63,239 bases of DNA, filler included, from Basidiobolus ranarum (GCA_040143965.1; 37 parts of 37 records of this genome joined end to end with filler, not necessarily neighbours in it); one strand, 5' to 3'. Positions 1 to 12,300 are shown, numbered from the whole stretch's first letter. Translations and numbers: made by a program. The notes: a model not told the origin generated them from the sequence alone.

Positions 1-2
1 GG

Positions 3-1337
3 TGGAATTACAAAATTTAGTCCCAAAACCATCTTGTTTTTGATTAAATTTCTCATATTTTCAGCTCCTAGATGACCCAATCTCCTATGCCAGATTTTCC
101 AGTCTATCTCTTCAGCTGTGGCAGTATTAACTTGTTCATATATTGGCCTAATATAATGAAGTTTATACAAGTTATTTTGCTTAGCTCCAGAAGCTACGTA
201 ATTCCCTTTTTGATCCCTGATTGTACAGCCATTTTGATCAAAATTAAAGCAATATCCCTCAGATGTTGCTTTACTCACTGATAACAAATTTTTTGCTATC
301 CCAGGCACATATAGCACATTTTTCAGTGTCAAACACATGTCCCCAGAGATGTCCCCAAGATCCACTTCAATTTCTCCCACTCCCAGAGCTTCTAGTGGCC
401 GGTCATCTCCCATATAAACCTTCTTGTTTATGTCAGTTTTGAGTGTTTTAAACCAGTTTTTTTGATTAGAGAAATGTTGAGAGGCTCCAGAATCAATATA
501 CCACAACCTACAGTCTTGTTCAGAGGTCACAGATAGGGCAGAAATGAATAAAACTTCCTCCTTGGTTGAAACCTGATTTGCTTGTTCTGACTTCTCACTT
601 TTGTTGTAATTTCTTGATTTGCAATCTTTTATCTGGTGTCCTGGTTTGTTACAACCATAGCATAAACCTGGTTTCCTTCTTTTGTAACCTTTGTACTTGC
701 CAAAGCTATGTTTTCCAGCTCCAAAAAGAGCCACTTCCTCAGATTCTTTTTCCAAATTCTTACTTCTGAGATGTTGATCCATTAGCCTTGCTACCACAAA
801 CTCCAAAGACAACTTGTCAGATCTTGCTTCCAAAGCTGTGACCAAGTTTGAATACTGTTCTGGTAGACTACTTAGAAGAGTCATAATAACATCTTCTTCC
901 TGTAAAGTTGCACCAATATTTTCCAGTTGTTTTGCCAAAGATCTCACATTTGCAATATGAGTAACCATACTTTCAGACTTTTCCATCTTTATATTGAAGA
1001 ATTTTTGTCTGAGAAAGAGTCTATTAGCAAGACTCTTTGCTTCATAACATTCTTCCAATATAGTCCAAGCTTGATGGGAAGTCTTTGCATATTGAATATT
1101 CACAAGTTGTGAATCCTTCAAACTTTGACAAATGACATTAAAGGCCTTCTTGTCTCTTTTCTTGTAAGCTTCCAATAAAGAAGGGTCAGAAGGTTCCTTT
1201 TCATCTCCAGAGACTACATCCCAAAGCTCCCTGTCTTCCAGCATGATTTGCATCTTGAACTTCCAGAAATTGTAATTTTCTCCATCAAGCTTTTCAACAC
1301 TTGAGTTAATAAAAGTGGTAGTAGTGGTTTCTGTCAT
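3..1337 (-). CDS. Ty1/Copia family A gag-protease-preintegrase polyprotein, uninterrupted 445 codons running off the window edge
   Basis: Manual translation from ATG 1337: EKLDGENYNFWKFKM, zinc knuckle CYGCNKPGHQIKDC, protease WYIDSGAS, WHRRLGH; no stop found, hence absent from the ORF track. Confidence 0.95.
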   Translation of the reverse strand, partial: MTETTTTTFINSSVEKLDGENYNFWKFKMQIMLEDRELWDVVSGDEKEPSDPSLLEAYKKRDKKAFNVICQSLKDSQLVNIQYAKTSHQAWTILEECYEAKSLANRLFLRQKFFNIKMEKSESMVTHIANVRSLAKQLENIGATLQEEDVIMTLLSSLPEQYSNLVTALEARSDKLSLEFVVARLMDQHLRSKNLEKESEEVALFGAGKHSFGKYKGYKRRKPGLCYGCNKPGHQIKDCKSRNYNKSEKSEQANQVSTKEEVLFISALSVTSEQDCRLWYIDSGASQHFSNQKNWFKTLKTDINKKVYMGDDRPLEALGVGEIEVDLGDISGDMCLTLKNVLYVPGIAKNLLSVSKATSEGYCFNFDQNGCTIRDQKGNYVASGAKQNNLYKLHYIRPIYEQVNTATAEEIDWKIWHRRLGHLGAENMRNLIKNKMVLGLNFVIP

Positions 1338-1357
1338 GCTGTAAAGGTTAGAACACG

Positions 1358-1369
1358 GGGCTCATAACC
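1358..1369 (-). promoter_or_regulatory. Primer binding site GGTTATGAGCCC (half-tRNA iMet type)
   Basis: Directly abuts LTR end; complementary to initiator tRNA-Met anticodon arm GGGCTCATAACC as in Ty5/copia. Confidence 0.88.
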
Positions 1370-1619
1370 TATTGGGAAAATATGGGCTGTTTGGAGGAAC
1401 TTTAGAAAAGTGGAGTTGTGAATAGCTTTGTGAGATAATTGTTTATTGTCCAGAAATAAAGCATTTATACTTTTTGGTGGAAATACAGAAAACTAACACT
1501 GGGGTTGTGTTCAGAACATCTGTGGGAGTAAAATGAGCTATCTTTGGGGCAATTTGGATGAGTTTGAAATTTCCAATATGGAATTGCTAATTCTCACATT
1601 ATTCACATATGTATATAAT
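1370..1619 (-). mobile_element. Copia family A 5' LTR (partial)
   Basis: Near-identical to full 377-378 bp copies at 7399-7775, 35181-35558, 42095-42472. Confidence 0.92.
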
Positions 1620-1719
1620 NNNNNNNNNNNNNNNNNNNNNNNNNNNNNNNNNNNNNNNNNNNNTTAATTAATTAANNNNNNNNNNNNNNNNNNNNNNNNN
1701 NNNNNNNNNNNNNNNNNNN
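1620..1719. other. Artificial contig linker (44 N + TTAATTAATTAA + 44 N); first of 36 identical linkers, last at 61535-61634
   Basis: Identical 100-nt block recurs every ~1.7 kb; the 12-mer has stops in all six frames; intervening segment lengths decrease from 1619 to 1605 bp. Confidence 0.99.
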
Positions 1720-2581
1720 GAGTGCTAAATTTTGAAGTTTATCCAATACCTAGCACCTCTCAACATGCCAAAATACCTGCAAAAAGAACTCATGGCACTC
1801 CAACCTCAACTGGTACCTTTCAAAGTGTTGAAATTAGCCACAAACTTAAAGGCAAGCAAAAAGCCACATAAACACCACAAAGAAACCTCAGTAGTGTCAC
1901 ACTACAAGGATGTATGAAAATAGTTAAAGTGGTTGAGGAATATTGTCAAAAGTATGAAGGGAAAAATGCAGTGCAAGTATGCAGAAAATGGCCTCAGAAG
2001 AAGGACATTCAACTTGACATTCAGTCTGGTGTTGACCATGCAGATGGCTGGGAATAACTTAATACAGAGTAGGCCAATAATGCAGGGTATCTGCCAGATA
2101 GCTGGTAGAATATTAATTCAGTAATGTTTGTACAATAGTGGGCTTTGATGGAAATATGATACAAACTCATGTTGGGTATGAGCTAAATCTTGGGTATGAA
2201 GAACTCCATACAGATATTCAGGAGAATATATCTAAAAAAGTAGGGATTTCAAAGGTGACAATTTAGTGTTCAAGTGGTTAATGTGTAAAATTTGAGTTAC
2301 ATTTTTTGCACATGTGTTGATCCTTAATTCACTGAGATTGTAGCCAATTATGTGCAACTTAGTACATTTTTAGTAGATTGGTTGATCCATAGTTCTTTGA
2401 AATTTTAGCCATTCATGTGCAACTATTTTGCATAATCTTGAAATATCACTCCTGAAACTGAAAAATTGATTAAAATCAAATCTAACTTGACAAATGTGTG
2501 ATGGCAAGTATAAAGTCAATCCTATATAGATTAAAATTTTGATGGTTTTCTACAGTGACAATCCTCAAATTTCTATTGGGG
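1720..2581 (+). mobile_element. CMC/EnSpm element: decayed 3' part of accessory ORF2 and terminus A
   Basis: Homologous to 11475-11925 and 45935-46174; ends in degenerate ATTTCTGTTAGGG terminus as at 36199-36211 and 60172-60184. Confidence 0.7.
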
Positions 2582-3260
2582 CACTAAACTTCATGATTTC
2601 ACCAACAAGAGCCCAATCAGATTTCTATAAGCTCACTGATATTGATTAACCAAGTAGTCAGTCTAACATTAGAGTTGGTATTAGCTGTAAGCATCAGATT
2701 ATGTTGCCTAAGGGATCAGCTGGAGCCAGAGCTTCCCATTAGGCACTATGCACTTACTATTCAGCAACTATCCAATACTACTTACTCAGCTATATAGTGG
2801 AAAATTCAATATGAATGGGCCATTCAAGATAGGATTAAAGTTTGAGTTAATTGGGAAAATGTTTGAAAACATCAAGATACCATCATATTATAACAGGACT
2901 CCCATCAATGTCCACTTATACAATAATCTCATGGTATTTGTAGGAAAGCTGCATGACAGACTTGTTGGTGAGCTAGAATAAGAAATGCAGTATGTTTGTT
3001 TTAGCCTTGGTGTCATTTATTCAAGCAATGATATACCTACTTATGACAGGACATTTGTTGACTGCAAGTTGGGGATAGTTTGGCTGAATTTTTTTACAGA
3101 AATTTGCTAAGATACAAGAGCTTATCCTCATCGTAAATGGTAACAAAAGTAAGCTATTTGCCAAGTGTTGCCTTTATTCAGAATTTCAGATGTTTAGCAA
3201 TTTTTCCACCATTAGTTTGCTGGTAATGCATGTTGATGTTGTTGAGTTTGTTGAAGTCTG
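2582..3260 (+). pseudogene. CMC/EnSpm (CACTA-like) transposase fragments
   Basis: SFPLGTMHLLFSN...IGKMFENIKIPSYYNRTPIN resembles the fungal EnSpm SFPxDxMHL...IP...GRxP motif; internal deletion; stops. Confidence 0.8.
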
Positions 3261-3440
3261 GTGACTTGTGGTACAAGCAGTAATTCCCAAAGAGGAAAAT
3301 ATGGAGTATGGTGACTGCATCTGAACACAAATTCTAAGNNNNNNNNNNNNNNNNNNNNNNNNNNNNNNNNNNNNNNNNNNNNTTAATTAATTAANNNNNN
3401 NNNNNNNNNNNNNNNNNNNNNNNNNNNNNNNNNNNNNNCT

Positions 3441-4448
3441 TTGTTGGATGAAGATGTGACACCTGAGAGCAATCTACTAAGACAGCAATCCGCTACTATG
3501 CATACCCCCACAAGACCAAGACAACAGGTGTTTGAGAGAGATAGTGAAGCTCTTACTGAGCTTGAAGAAGCCACAACAGTCAAACACAAACCTCAAGGTA
3601 GACAATATGCTCCAACGCATTCTGCCATGCAACAGAGGTCATGGCGGCCAGTCAAAAGAGATGAAGCTTCTACCATGGTTGAAGAGGCAAGAACTGCCAA
3701 ATACAAACCTCAAGGTATATGACTTGCTCCAACATGTACTGGAATGCGACCACGGCAATGGCCAGTCAAAAGAGATGAAGCTTCCACTGTGGTTGAAGAA
3801 GCAATAACCACAGAACACAAACCACAAGGTAGACAACTTGCTCCAACACGTACTGCCATGTGACCATGGCCATGGCCAGTCAAAAGAGATGAAGCTTCTA
3901 CCATGGTTGAAGAGGCAAGAACTGCCAAACACAAACCACAAGGTAGATGACTTGCTCCAACATGTACTGCCATGCAACCACAGTCATGGCCAGTCAAAAG
4001 AGATGAAGCTTCTACCATGGTTGAAGAAGCAATAACTGTTGAGCACAAACCTCAAGGTAGACAACTTGCTCCAACACGTTCCACCATGCAACAGAGGTCA
4101 TGGTGGCCAGTCAAAAGAGATGAAGCTTCTACTGTGGTTGAAGAAGCAATAACTGTCAAGCACAAACCTCAAGTAAGACATTCCGGGTCAATGCGTAGAG
4201 CTGCGCACCAGCAGCAATGGCTGGTTGACCCATTAAGTGAAGGCTCCACATCTGAAGAAGAGACTGTAGATACAAACAAACCGCAAACTAGACCAAACAA
4301 GCCAACGCATACCACAGCACATCGACCTCAAGCCACAACTCATGCTGGCCAAGGTAGAGGAACTTCAGCAGGATTGAACCAACCAACTCAGCGCAGAGGT
4401 TCAAGCAAAGTTCCTTCCATGGAAATATCAAGGAGACAACAAAAGTAA
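3441..4448 (+). pseudogene. Unknown repeat-containing protein gene, one frame with three in-frame TGA stops
   Basis: ORFs 3441..3722 and 3972..4448 share a frame; TGAs sit where other units have CGA/CAA; 3' part duplicated at 32245-32492. Confidence 0.6.
3561..4179 (+). repeat. Coding tandem repeat, ~5.5 units of 114 bp (38 aa, VKRDEASTMVEEARTAKHKPQGRQLAPTRTAMQPRSWP)
   Basis: GTCAAAAGAGATGAAGCTTC at 3651, 3765, 3879, 3993, 4110 (periods 114, 114, 114, 117). Confidence 0.97.
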
Positions 4449-5157
4449 CAGAAGCAAATCAGCATGTACTGCTTCAAACCTAGGCAACTGCTGAATACTC
4501 TTGTTAATACTTACATTATCCTATCTTTACTGTTTAGCACATCATGCAAAATTGATATGGATTGCAGTTAAATATAGCATAAATTGCTTTAGTTAGATCA
4601 CAATTGCCTATGTGTTTATGAAACACTGATAGCATGAAATCATCATATATCAAAAAAATCAATGATAGCCTATTAATACAAGCAATTTCACTACAATCAA
4701 ATGAAAAATGTCTGTCAATAAAAAGCTTGAGCAGCCATATTGGCTTGATATGGCTCAATCCATTCACATTTTCACCCAATTAGAAGCTTACATGATTGAA
4801 TAAATAATTTGCTGATCTAAAAATGATGAATCAAGCAATCCTGATCACTACTATCATACTGCAGATCAATCCATCATCAAGTGCTGTGATTTGTCACCGG
4901 TGTGCCAAAACTACTGGTGTTTTGTAATGCAGGAGCTGTTGTGCCCAATTGAAAATCAGGATACTGTGTTAGTGAGGGACAAATGATTGGCCTAAAAACA
5001 TGTGAATGTCTTGGTTATACATTTGATTGGGTAAGTTACAGTATAAATTGTTTATTGNNNNNNNNNNNNNNNNNNNNNNNNNNNNNNNNNNNNNNNNNNN
5101 NTTAATTAATTAANNNNNNNNNNNNNNNNNNNNNNNNNNNNNNNNNNNNNNNNNNNN

Positions 5158-6020
5158 ACAAATATTCAGGTATTGGAGAGGAACTGTCAATCTAGTTCTA
5201 GAATACACTGCTACTCCTGATGCACAAAATTTTGAAGGCTACAATGATTCAGACTGGGGAAGAAACTACAATGATAGAAGACCAACAACTGGGTACACTT
5301 TTCTTTATGGTAATGGAGCCATTACATGGAATAGTAAGAAGCAACCAACCAGAGCACTTTCCACTACAGAAGCAGAGTATATGGCTGCCTCTGCTAGTAC
5401 ACAAGAAGTTATTTGATTAAGGAAGGTATTTGCAGACTTAGGACACATGCAAAAACTTGCTATTACTGCATGTGACGAAAGTCAAAGCTATATTTCATTA
5501 GCCAAAAACCTTACATCTCATGCTAGAACAAAACATATAGATATTAGGCGTCATTTTGTTAGAGAAACAACAGATAAAGATGTAAATGAATTTGTCTATT
5601 GCCCTACTGAAGAAATAATTGCTGATATCTTAACAAACCTTCAGCTAATCACAATCTGATTCATTAAGATATATGTTAGGTTTAAGAGAAATAAAAAATC
5701 ATGAGTTGAGTGGAAATGTTGAAATTAGATAAATAGCAACTCATGATTTAGAAGTTGGTTGATTAATATTCTGATTATTTAGCACTGGTGCCATTCAAAA
5801 ATATGTTTTTATAGCTGTTGTTGATAGGAATATCAATGAGATCACTTTACCAATTTTCACTATTTTCTCAAAGCTTCTCCAAATCACCCAAAATTTTGAC
5901 CCATGCTCAACAGGCATGTTTGTTATGATTTAAGCATATCCATTGATAAAACTTAAGTTTCTACTTCACAAGTCCAAATCTTGTCCAAAACACTTCCAAA
6001 TCCCCCAAACACTTTTATCA
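5158..6020 (+). mobile_element. Copia family B 3' end: decayed RNase H, PPT, 3' LTR (5717-6020)
   Basis: HARTKHIDIRRHFVRE, YCPTEEIIADILT; LTR TGTTGAAATTAG...ACTTTTATCA matches 57197-57548. Confidence 0.9.
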
Positions 6021-6169
6021 TGGAGAACTAGTTAGTATTTCATTTCACTGTCAGAGAGAATCTGGATGACAAAATATGCACTAGGAGACAACCTGTAGAT
6101 CAACCTTCTGCAAGAATCATACAGATAACTCATGATGAACCCATTCCCAAATTGAACAAGGAAACACCT

Positions 6170-6610
6170 ACATTTATATACTACTCAGTGGCCACAGCCA
6201 TACTTAGTGGAACTACTCATGAAGACCATATATGAAGCCATATTGATAGTGGGTCAGAGTTTTGTGTGATGTTCTTGGACTTCTATAAGTCATTACCATG
6301 CAAATACTTGCTCCCAATGGATACAAATCTACACTGGAATATACATGATGCCAACACTAAAGTTTCTTTATTGTTAAATGTCATTCACACATTTCCCATC
6401 AAGATTTAAGGAGTAGAGCACACTATTCCTGTTTTCATGTGTCACAAGGCAAACTTCAACCAGTTACTTGGAAGACCTTTGGAGATAAAAGCAAGAGCAA
6501 TGGTCATGAATCACCCTGATGGATCCATTTGGTACACCATTTGTGGAAGTAACACAGGAGTACTTGCCAACTTTTGTGGAGCACCAGCTACTGACCATTG
6601 AACTCAAACA
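6170..6610 (+). pseudogene. Retroviral-type aspartic protease of a Gypsy-like element
   Basis: Translation IDSGSEFCVM...NQLLGRPLE with in-frame stops. Confidence 0.75.
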
Positions 6611-6636
6611 GAGTGCAGAAGCACTATCAAAGAAGA

Positions 6637-6775
6637 TATTGGGAAAATATGGGCTGTTTGGAGGAACTTTAGGAAAGTGGAGTTGTGAATAGCTTTGTGA
6701 GATAATTGTTTATTGTCCAGAAATAAAGCATTTATACTTTTTGGTGGAAATATAGAAAACTAACACTGGGGTTGT
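6637..6775 (-). mobile_element. Copia family A LTR (partial)
   Basis: Matches 1370-1508. Confidence 0.9.
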
Positions 6776-6875
6776 NNNNNNNNNNNNNNNNNNNNNNNNN
6801 NNNNNNNNNNNNNNNNNNNTTAATTAATTAANNNNNNNNNNNNNNNNNNNNNNNNNNNNNNNNNNNNNNNNNNNN

Positions 6876-7398
6876 GTCACATTTGACTACCTGATGGATA
6901 GCATCAGTCAAGGGCACTGGGTCAGCCATAGTGAGCACAAGATCCTTAGTATTTTTGCAGAGTCCATAATCCCTATAAAAAATATGGGAATAAATACCAG
7001 AGGAAAAGCAGAGAAAACACAAATATAGGGGTAGCAATACCATGAGAAAACCAGAGTAAAAAAAAACTGGTAGAGAAACCATAAGAAAATTGTTGCAATA
7101 GCAGTAAAATACCATTATAAAACCATCAGAAAATAGTATGAAATGCAAATTTAAATATTTTTTTTTAGGGATTGGTATTGTTTGATTAGGGCAGATTCTC
7201 CCCAATTGAGATCACAGGCAAGAAGGCGGAATTCTGCAGCATAAGTTGATGCAGGCTTTGACCCATGTTTGAGTGCCGGGAGCTTGGTGGCTGAAGTCCT
7301 ATCCTTCTCTGTATTTCCAAATGTGGCTTCCAGTTCAGCAAGAATGGTGAGGAGGTTTGAAAGAAGTGGATATTGAATTTCTATCAAAGGAGCAAACC
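6876..7398 (-). pseudogene. Gypsy gag fragment interrupted by a MITE
   Basis: YAAEFRLLACDLNWGESAL...MADPVPLTDAI, homologous to 20891-21337. Confidence 0.88.
6971..7170. mobile_element. 200-bp MITE with CCCTA-type TIRs
   Basis: Begins CCCTATAAAAAATAT, ends ATATTTTTTTTTAGGG; absent from the uninterrupted gag copy near 21150; flanked by AT/AT. Confidence 0.85.
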
Positions 7399-8492
7399 TA
7401 GTGGGAAAATATAGGCTGTTTGGAGGAACTTTATAAAAGTGGAGTTGCAAAGAGCATTTTGAGATAATTATTTATTGTCCAGAAATAAAGTGTTTATACA
7501 TTTTGGTGCAAATACAAAAAACCAACACTGGGGTTGTGTTCAGAACATCTGTTGGAGTAAAATGAGCTATCTTTGGGGCAATTTGGACAAGTTTGAAATT
7601 TTCAATATGAAATTGCTAATTCTCACATTAATCACATATATATATTATATATGTTCCAATTTTCAGTGAAGTAATATTTGACTAAATAATGATAACTAAC
7701 CTACATGTGATATATGAGATAGTTAGGTGTATAAAGATAGAGATAACAAATATGATAAAGACAATAGCTTCAACACTCATACTCAACTAAATATTCATAC
7801 ACTTAATCCTAACCTAAATCTTAATACTTCAAATTTTGGCTTGGGTAATGGATTGGTAAGGATGTCAGCAAGCATTTCCTCAGTTGGATAGTACTGTAGT
7901 TGGACATGCTTATTCTCAATAGCTTTGCTAACAAAGTGATGTTGAATGTCAATGTGCTTACTTCTAGCATGAAATTTGGGACTTTAGCTAAAGAAATACA
8001 ACTTTGATTATCCTCAAAAATTATGGTAGTTGAACTTTGAATAAAGCCCAACTCTTGGAACAGTTTCCTTAACCACATAGCCTCCATTGTTGAATGTGAT
8101 GCTGCCATGTATTCTGCTTCAGTTGTTAAAAGTGCTATGGTAGGTTGTTTCTTGCTATTCCAAGATATGGCTGCTTCACTTTATTGAAAGGTATATCCAG
8201 TGATTGATCTTCTGTCCTCAATATCACATCCACAATCTGCATCACTAGACCAAATTGAATCCTTATTCTCATAAGAAAATGTGTATCTTAATCCCAGATC
8301 AATTGTCCCCTTCAAATATGTGCAAATCTGCTTAATTGCTGAATAATGCTCTGATCCTGGGTTTTGCACATGTTGGCTGACTACTCCCACTGCCAAAGAG
8401 ATATCAGGCCAGGTTTCAGTCATAGCATAGATCAAACTACCTACCATAGATTAATAAGGAGACTCATGGCTTTCAAATGACATATTTTGATC
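7399..8492 (-). mobile_element. Copia family A 3' end: decayed RT/RNase H and 3' LTR (7399-7775)
   Basis: VGSLIYAMTETWPDIS, SDADCG, IFEDNQSCI; PPT-like tract then TGTTGAAG LTR. Confidence 0.92.
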
Positions 8493-8632
8493 NNNNNNNN
8501 NNNNNNNNNNNNNNNNNNNNNNNNNNNNNNNNNNNNTTAATTAATTAANNNNNNNNNNNNNNNNNNNNNNNNNNNNNNNNNNNNNNNNNNNNATTTGCAG
8601 TGGATCAGTATGCAGAGATCAGAATCATGACA

Positions 8633-10209
8633 CCTATTTGCATCCAATTTATTTTTGGGCTTTAGGTAACTTAACCAAAGTCCAAGTTTAGTTGTCTATG
8701 AATGACTGATACTCCTCTGCCATTGCAGCACTCCAAAACTTTTTGTTTGGAATCTCTATAGCCTCTTGTACTGATTTAGGTTCATCAGAAAGGGCTATAT
8801 TAGCACAAAGCTCCTTTGGCTCAGTGTGGGAGTAGTAATCAGGTGGAGATCTCATCCAATTTGATCTCCTAAGATGGGAAATTGGCACTACAATTTCTGG
8901 TACCAATTTAGGCAACAAAACCACCTCAGGCACAGTTGAGGAGACTGCAGGTGAGGTATATTCAATGTTTTTCTCACTCATCAGGATTGGGTGAGAAAAA
9001 GAAGATTCTTCATCAATTTTTGGTTGTTTTTCTTGATCCTGGATTGTATTGATTGATGATGTTTCTTCTTCAGCAAATTCCACATCCCTTGACTTGATTA
9101 GCTTCTTATTTTCAGTATCATATAGTCTGTACCCTTTTGTTCCATCACAAAATCCTAAAAAAAGACATTTCTGGCTTTTTTTGGTCTAATTTTGATCTCT
9201 TCTGGACTGGAATCATTTCATATGTGGTACCTCCAAAAACTCTGAGATTAGCCACATCATGTTTACTTCGAAACCAAGCTTGATAAGGTGTCATAGCCAA
9301 TAGAGACCTAGAAGCACATCTATTCCTAATATATACTGCAGTAGCTACCAATTGAGCCCAGAACTGCTTTGGTTAAGCTTGATCATGAAGCATTGATCTT
9401 GCCTTTTGCATTTTTGATCTGTTTGCATGTTTTGCTACTTGATTTTGCTGTTGATAATATGGCACTGTAGTCTGCTGTTTTATCCCATGTGTTGAGCAGA
9501 TGTTAGAAAAGAGATTGGGGGTATATTCCCCTCCATTATCAGTGTGGATAGTCCTGAGCTTTAGATTTGTTTCAGTCTCAATCATTGCTTTGAATCTCTT
9601 GAAGGTATCAAAGGCTTGATCCTTACTGCCCTGAAAATACACCCAAGTATACTTTATCTTATCATCAATAAAGATCATGAAATAACTTTTTCCGCCTAAG
9701 AATTTTTTCTGTATTGGGCCACACAGATCTGAGTGTCTCAGGCCCAATTTCTGATTAATTTTACTTACTTCAGAGCCCACATAACAGCTGTGTGTGTTGC
9801 CTACCATAAAGGCAACCTTCACATAGCTCTAGATCTGGTGGAATTACAAAATTTAGTCCCAAAAGCATCTTGTTATTGTTACTAATTTCTCATATTTACA
9901 GCTCTTAGATGACCAAATCTCCTATGCCAGATTTTCTAGTCTATCTCTTCAGCTGTGGCAGTATTAACTTGTTCATATATTGGCCTAATTTAATAAAGCT
10001 TATTCAAGTTATGTTGCTTTGCTCCAGCATCTATGTAAATCCCTTTTTGATCCCTGATTGTACAGCCATTTTGATCAAAAAAAAAGCTATATCTCTCAGA
10101 TGTAGCTTTACTCACTAATAACATACTTTTTGCTATCCCAGGCACATATAGCACATTTTTCAGTGTCAAACACATGTCCCCAGTGATGCCCTCTAGGTTC
10201 ACAGATTTC
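8633..10209 (-). pseudogene. Copia family A pol fragment (protease end, integrase core, RT start); 8593-8632 is a Gypsy LTR end
   Basis: HSDLCGPI, FIDD, TDNGGEY, RSKLD, EPKSVQEA; 9840-10200 near-identical to 1-365. Confidence 0.95.
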
Positions 10210-10309
10210 NNNNNNNNNNNNNNNNNNNNNNNNNNNNNNNNNNNNNNNNNNNNTTAATTAATTAANNNNNNNNNNNNNNNNNNNNNNNNNNNNNNNNNNN
10301 NNNNNNNNN

Positions 10310-11474
10310 CACATTGGCAGAGCTCAGGCAGATACAGCAACTGTGCAAAGATTTTGTAATTGGATATGGAAAACTTTATTACAGGTTTAAAGAAGATAGA
10401 CTGAATCCATGCCAGTATTCAATACATTCCCTGCTGCATCTTTCACAAAGTTTAGAGATTATAGGCCCTTGCCATACATTTTGGTAGTTCCCAATGGAGT
10501 GCACCTGCTGTGAAATGATGCTCCATGTGAAGTTGTCAGCATTACCATATGCTAATCCAATTAATAATGCATCATCAACATCAGTGTTGGATGTAATGCA
10601 ATGAGTAAAGGAGACTCAAGAATAGATTAACCTTCCAACAAAGGGTTCTTTACAAAGTGCTCATGTGTTTTTTCATTGTTTGAGCACAATAACAGCAACA
10701 AAGCCAATTCAATGGACACAGAGTAAGTACCTCTACAATTTGGACAAACTTGTTTGTGTAATAATCTGACAGGATTTCTTGGAAAGCTGCAAGACAGACA
10801 TGTTGGTGAGATAGATCAAGATACGCAGTATTATTGTCAAAGCCATGGGGGAATCTATTTAAGCAAAGACCATTCCACTTGTGGAAGGACATTGATTGAC
10901 TGCAAGTTGGGGATATTTTGGCTGAATTCTTTTTGCAAATTTTCCAAAATCCAAGAGCTTATTCTCATTTTGAATGGTGACAGTCAGCTGTTTGCCAAGT
11001 GGGAGTGCTACTCAAAATTTCAGATGTTTGGCAATTTTTCCACTATTAGTTTGCTAGCAAAGCATATTAATATTGTTTAGTTATGTCTGATCAGTTGAGT
11101 ATGTGCATATGTAAAGACTAAACACAACTAGATTCTTGTATTTTTTGATTCTCACTATGGCTGGAATACAAAGCCTAAAATTCCTAAAAAAAGGCATTAA
11201 TAATAATTCAAATTGCCACAGCAGTAAACCCAGTAATTTAGCATTCAAAAATTATATTTTGGAAAGATTGCCAGAAATTAACAATGCATGCCAAATATGA
11301 GGATCAATATTTTAATATGTATGATTACCATCAAAGTACCATAAATAATCCACAATCACACCATCATGATTGCTGGCAGAATACAAGCCACCAATATTGC
11401 AATGGTTTCTGACGGTTTAGTAATTTAGAAGCATGGATCTGGTCTGGATCAAATCAATTTTATTTTTGTTAGGG
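10310..11474 (+). mobile_element. CMC/EnSpm transposase C-terminal half and terminus B (TIR 11462-11474)
   Basis: FVIGYGKLYYRFKEDRLNPCQYSIHSLLHL...GPCHTFW*FPME...PYAN, the EnSpm HxLLHL-GP-WxFPMER motif; ends ATTTTTGTTAGGG. Confidence 0.88.
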
Positions 11475-11925
11475 GACAAAGTGAACCAGTTGGATGGGTG
11501 GCAAATTTGCAAGTGTATCCAACACCTGGCACCTCTCAACAAGCCAAAAAACCAGCAAATAAAGCTCATGGCTCTCCAACCTCAACTGGTACATTTCATA
11601 GTGCTAAAATTAGCCCCAAAAATAAAGCCAACCAAAATCAGCACAAGCACTGGAAAGCACCCTCAGTAATGTCACACTACAAGGATGTAAGAAAATAATC
11701 AAAGTGCTTTAGGAGTATTTTCAAAAGTATGAAGGGAAAAATGCAGTGCAAGTATGCAGAAAGTTGCTCCCAAAGAAGAACATTCCACTTGACATTCAGT
11801 CTGGTGTTGACCATGCAGATATCTGGGAAGAACGTAATACAGAGTGGCACAATATTGCAGGGTATCTGCCAGATAGCTGGAAGAATGTTGATTCAGCAAC
11901 ATTAATACAATGGTGGGCTTTGATG
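11475..11925 (+). pseudogene. CMC accessory ORF2 fragment of another copy
   Basis: Homologous to 1720-2150. Confidence 0.65.
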
Positions 11926-12025
11926 NNNNNNNNNNNNNNNNNNNNNNNNNNNNNNNNNNNNNNNNNNNNTTAATTAATTAANNNNNNNNNNNNNNNNNNN
12001 NNNNNNNNNNNNNNNNNNNNNNNNN

Positions 12026-12300
12026 TGCAAAACTATCTGAAACCGAAGTTTTACTCCAGGTTAAAAAAGAACAAAGTGCCTTTAACACAATTTGTCTTAA
12101 TGTTAAAGACAAATTGATAATTCAATGTTCAAGAGCTAAAACTGCCAAGAAGGTATGGAAAGCCTTGGAAGACACCTACCAAACAAGTTCTGTGGTCAAT
12201 AAGATGTTTCTAAGAAGACAATTCTTTAACTTAAAGATGAAGCCATTAAATCACTAATTAATAGAGTCACTATTTTAGTAGATGAAATGGAATGCATTGG
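12026..12300 (+). pseudogene. Copia gag fragment
   Basis: AFNTICLNVKD...AKTAKKVWKALEDTYQ...NKMFLRRQFFNLKM. Confidence 0.8.

Noticed and set aside
3720-3950. Recurrent in-frame TGA as recoding or an alternative genetic code
   Set aside because: TGAs align with CGA/CAA in sister units and copies; CpG decay explains them
3561-4179. 114-bp array as CRISPR
   Set aside because: Whole units are homologous with no unique spacers; in-frame coding repeat in a eukaryote
4540-5057. Possible Fanzor/TnpB RuvC remnant in the unidentified repeat
   Set aside because: No DPG, DE..TS or zinc-finger motif could be found in either copy
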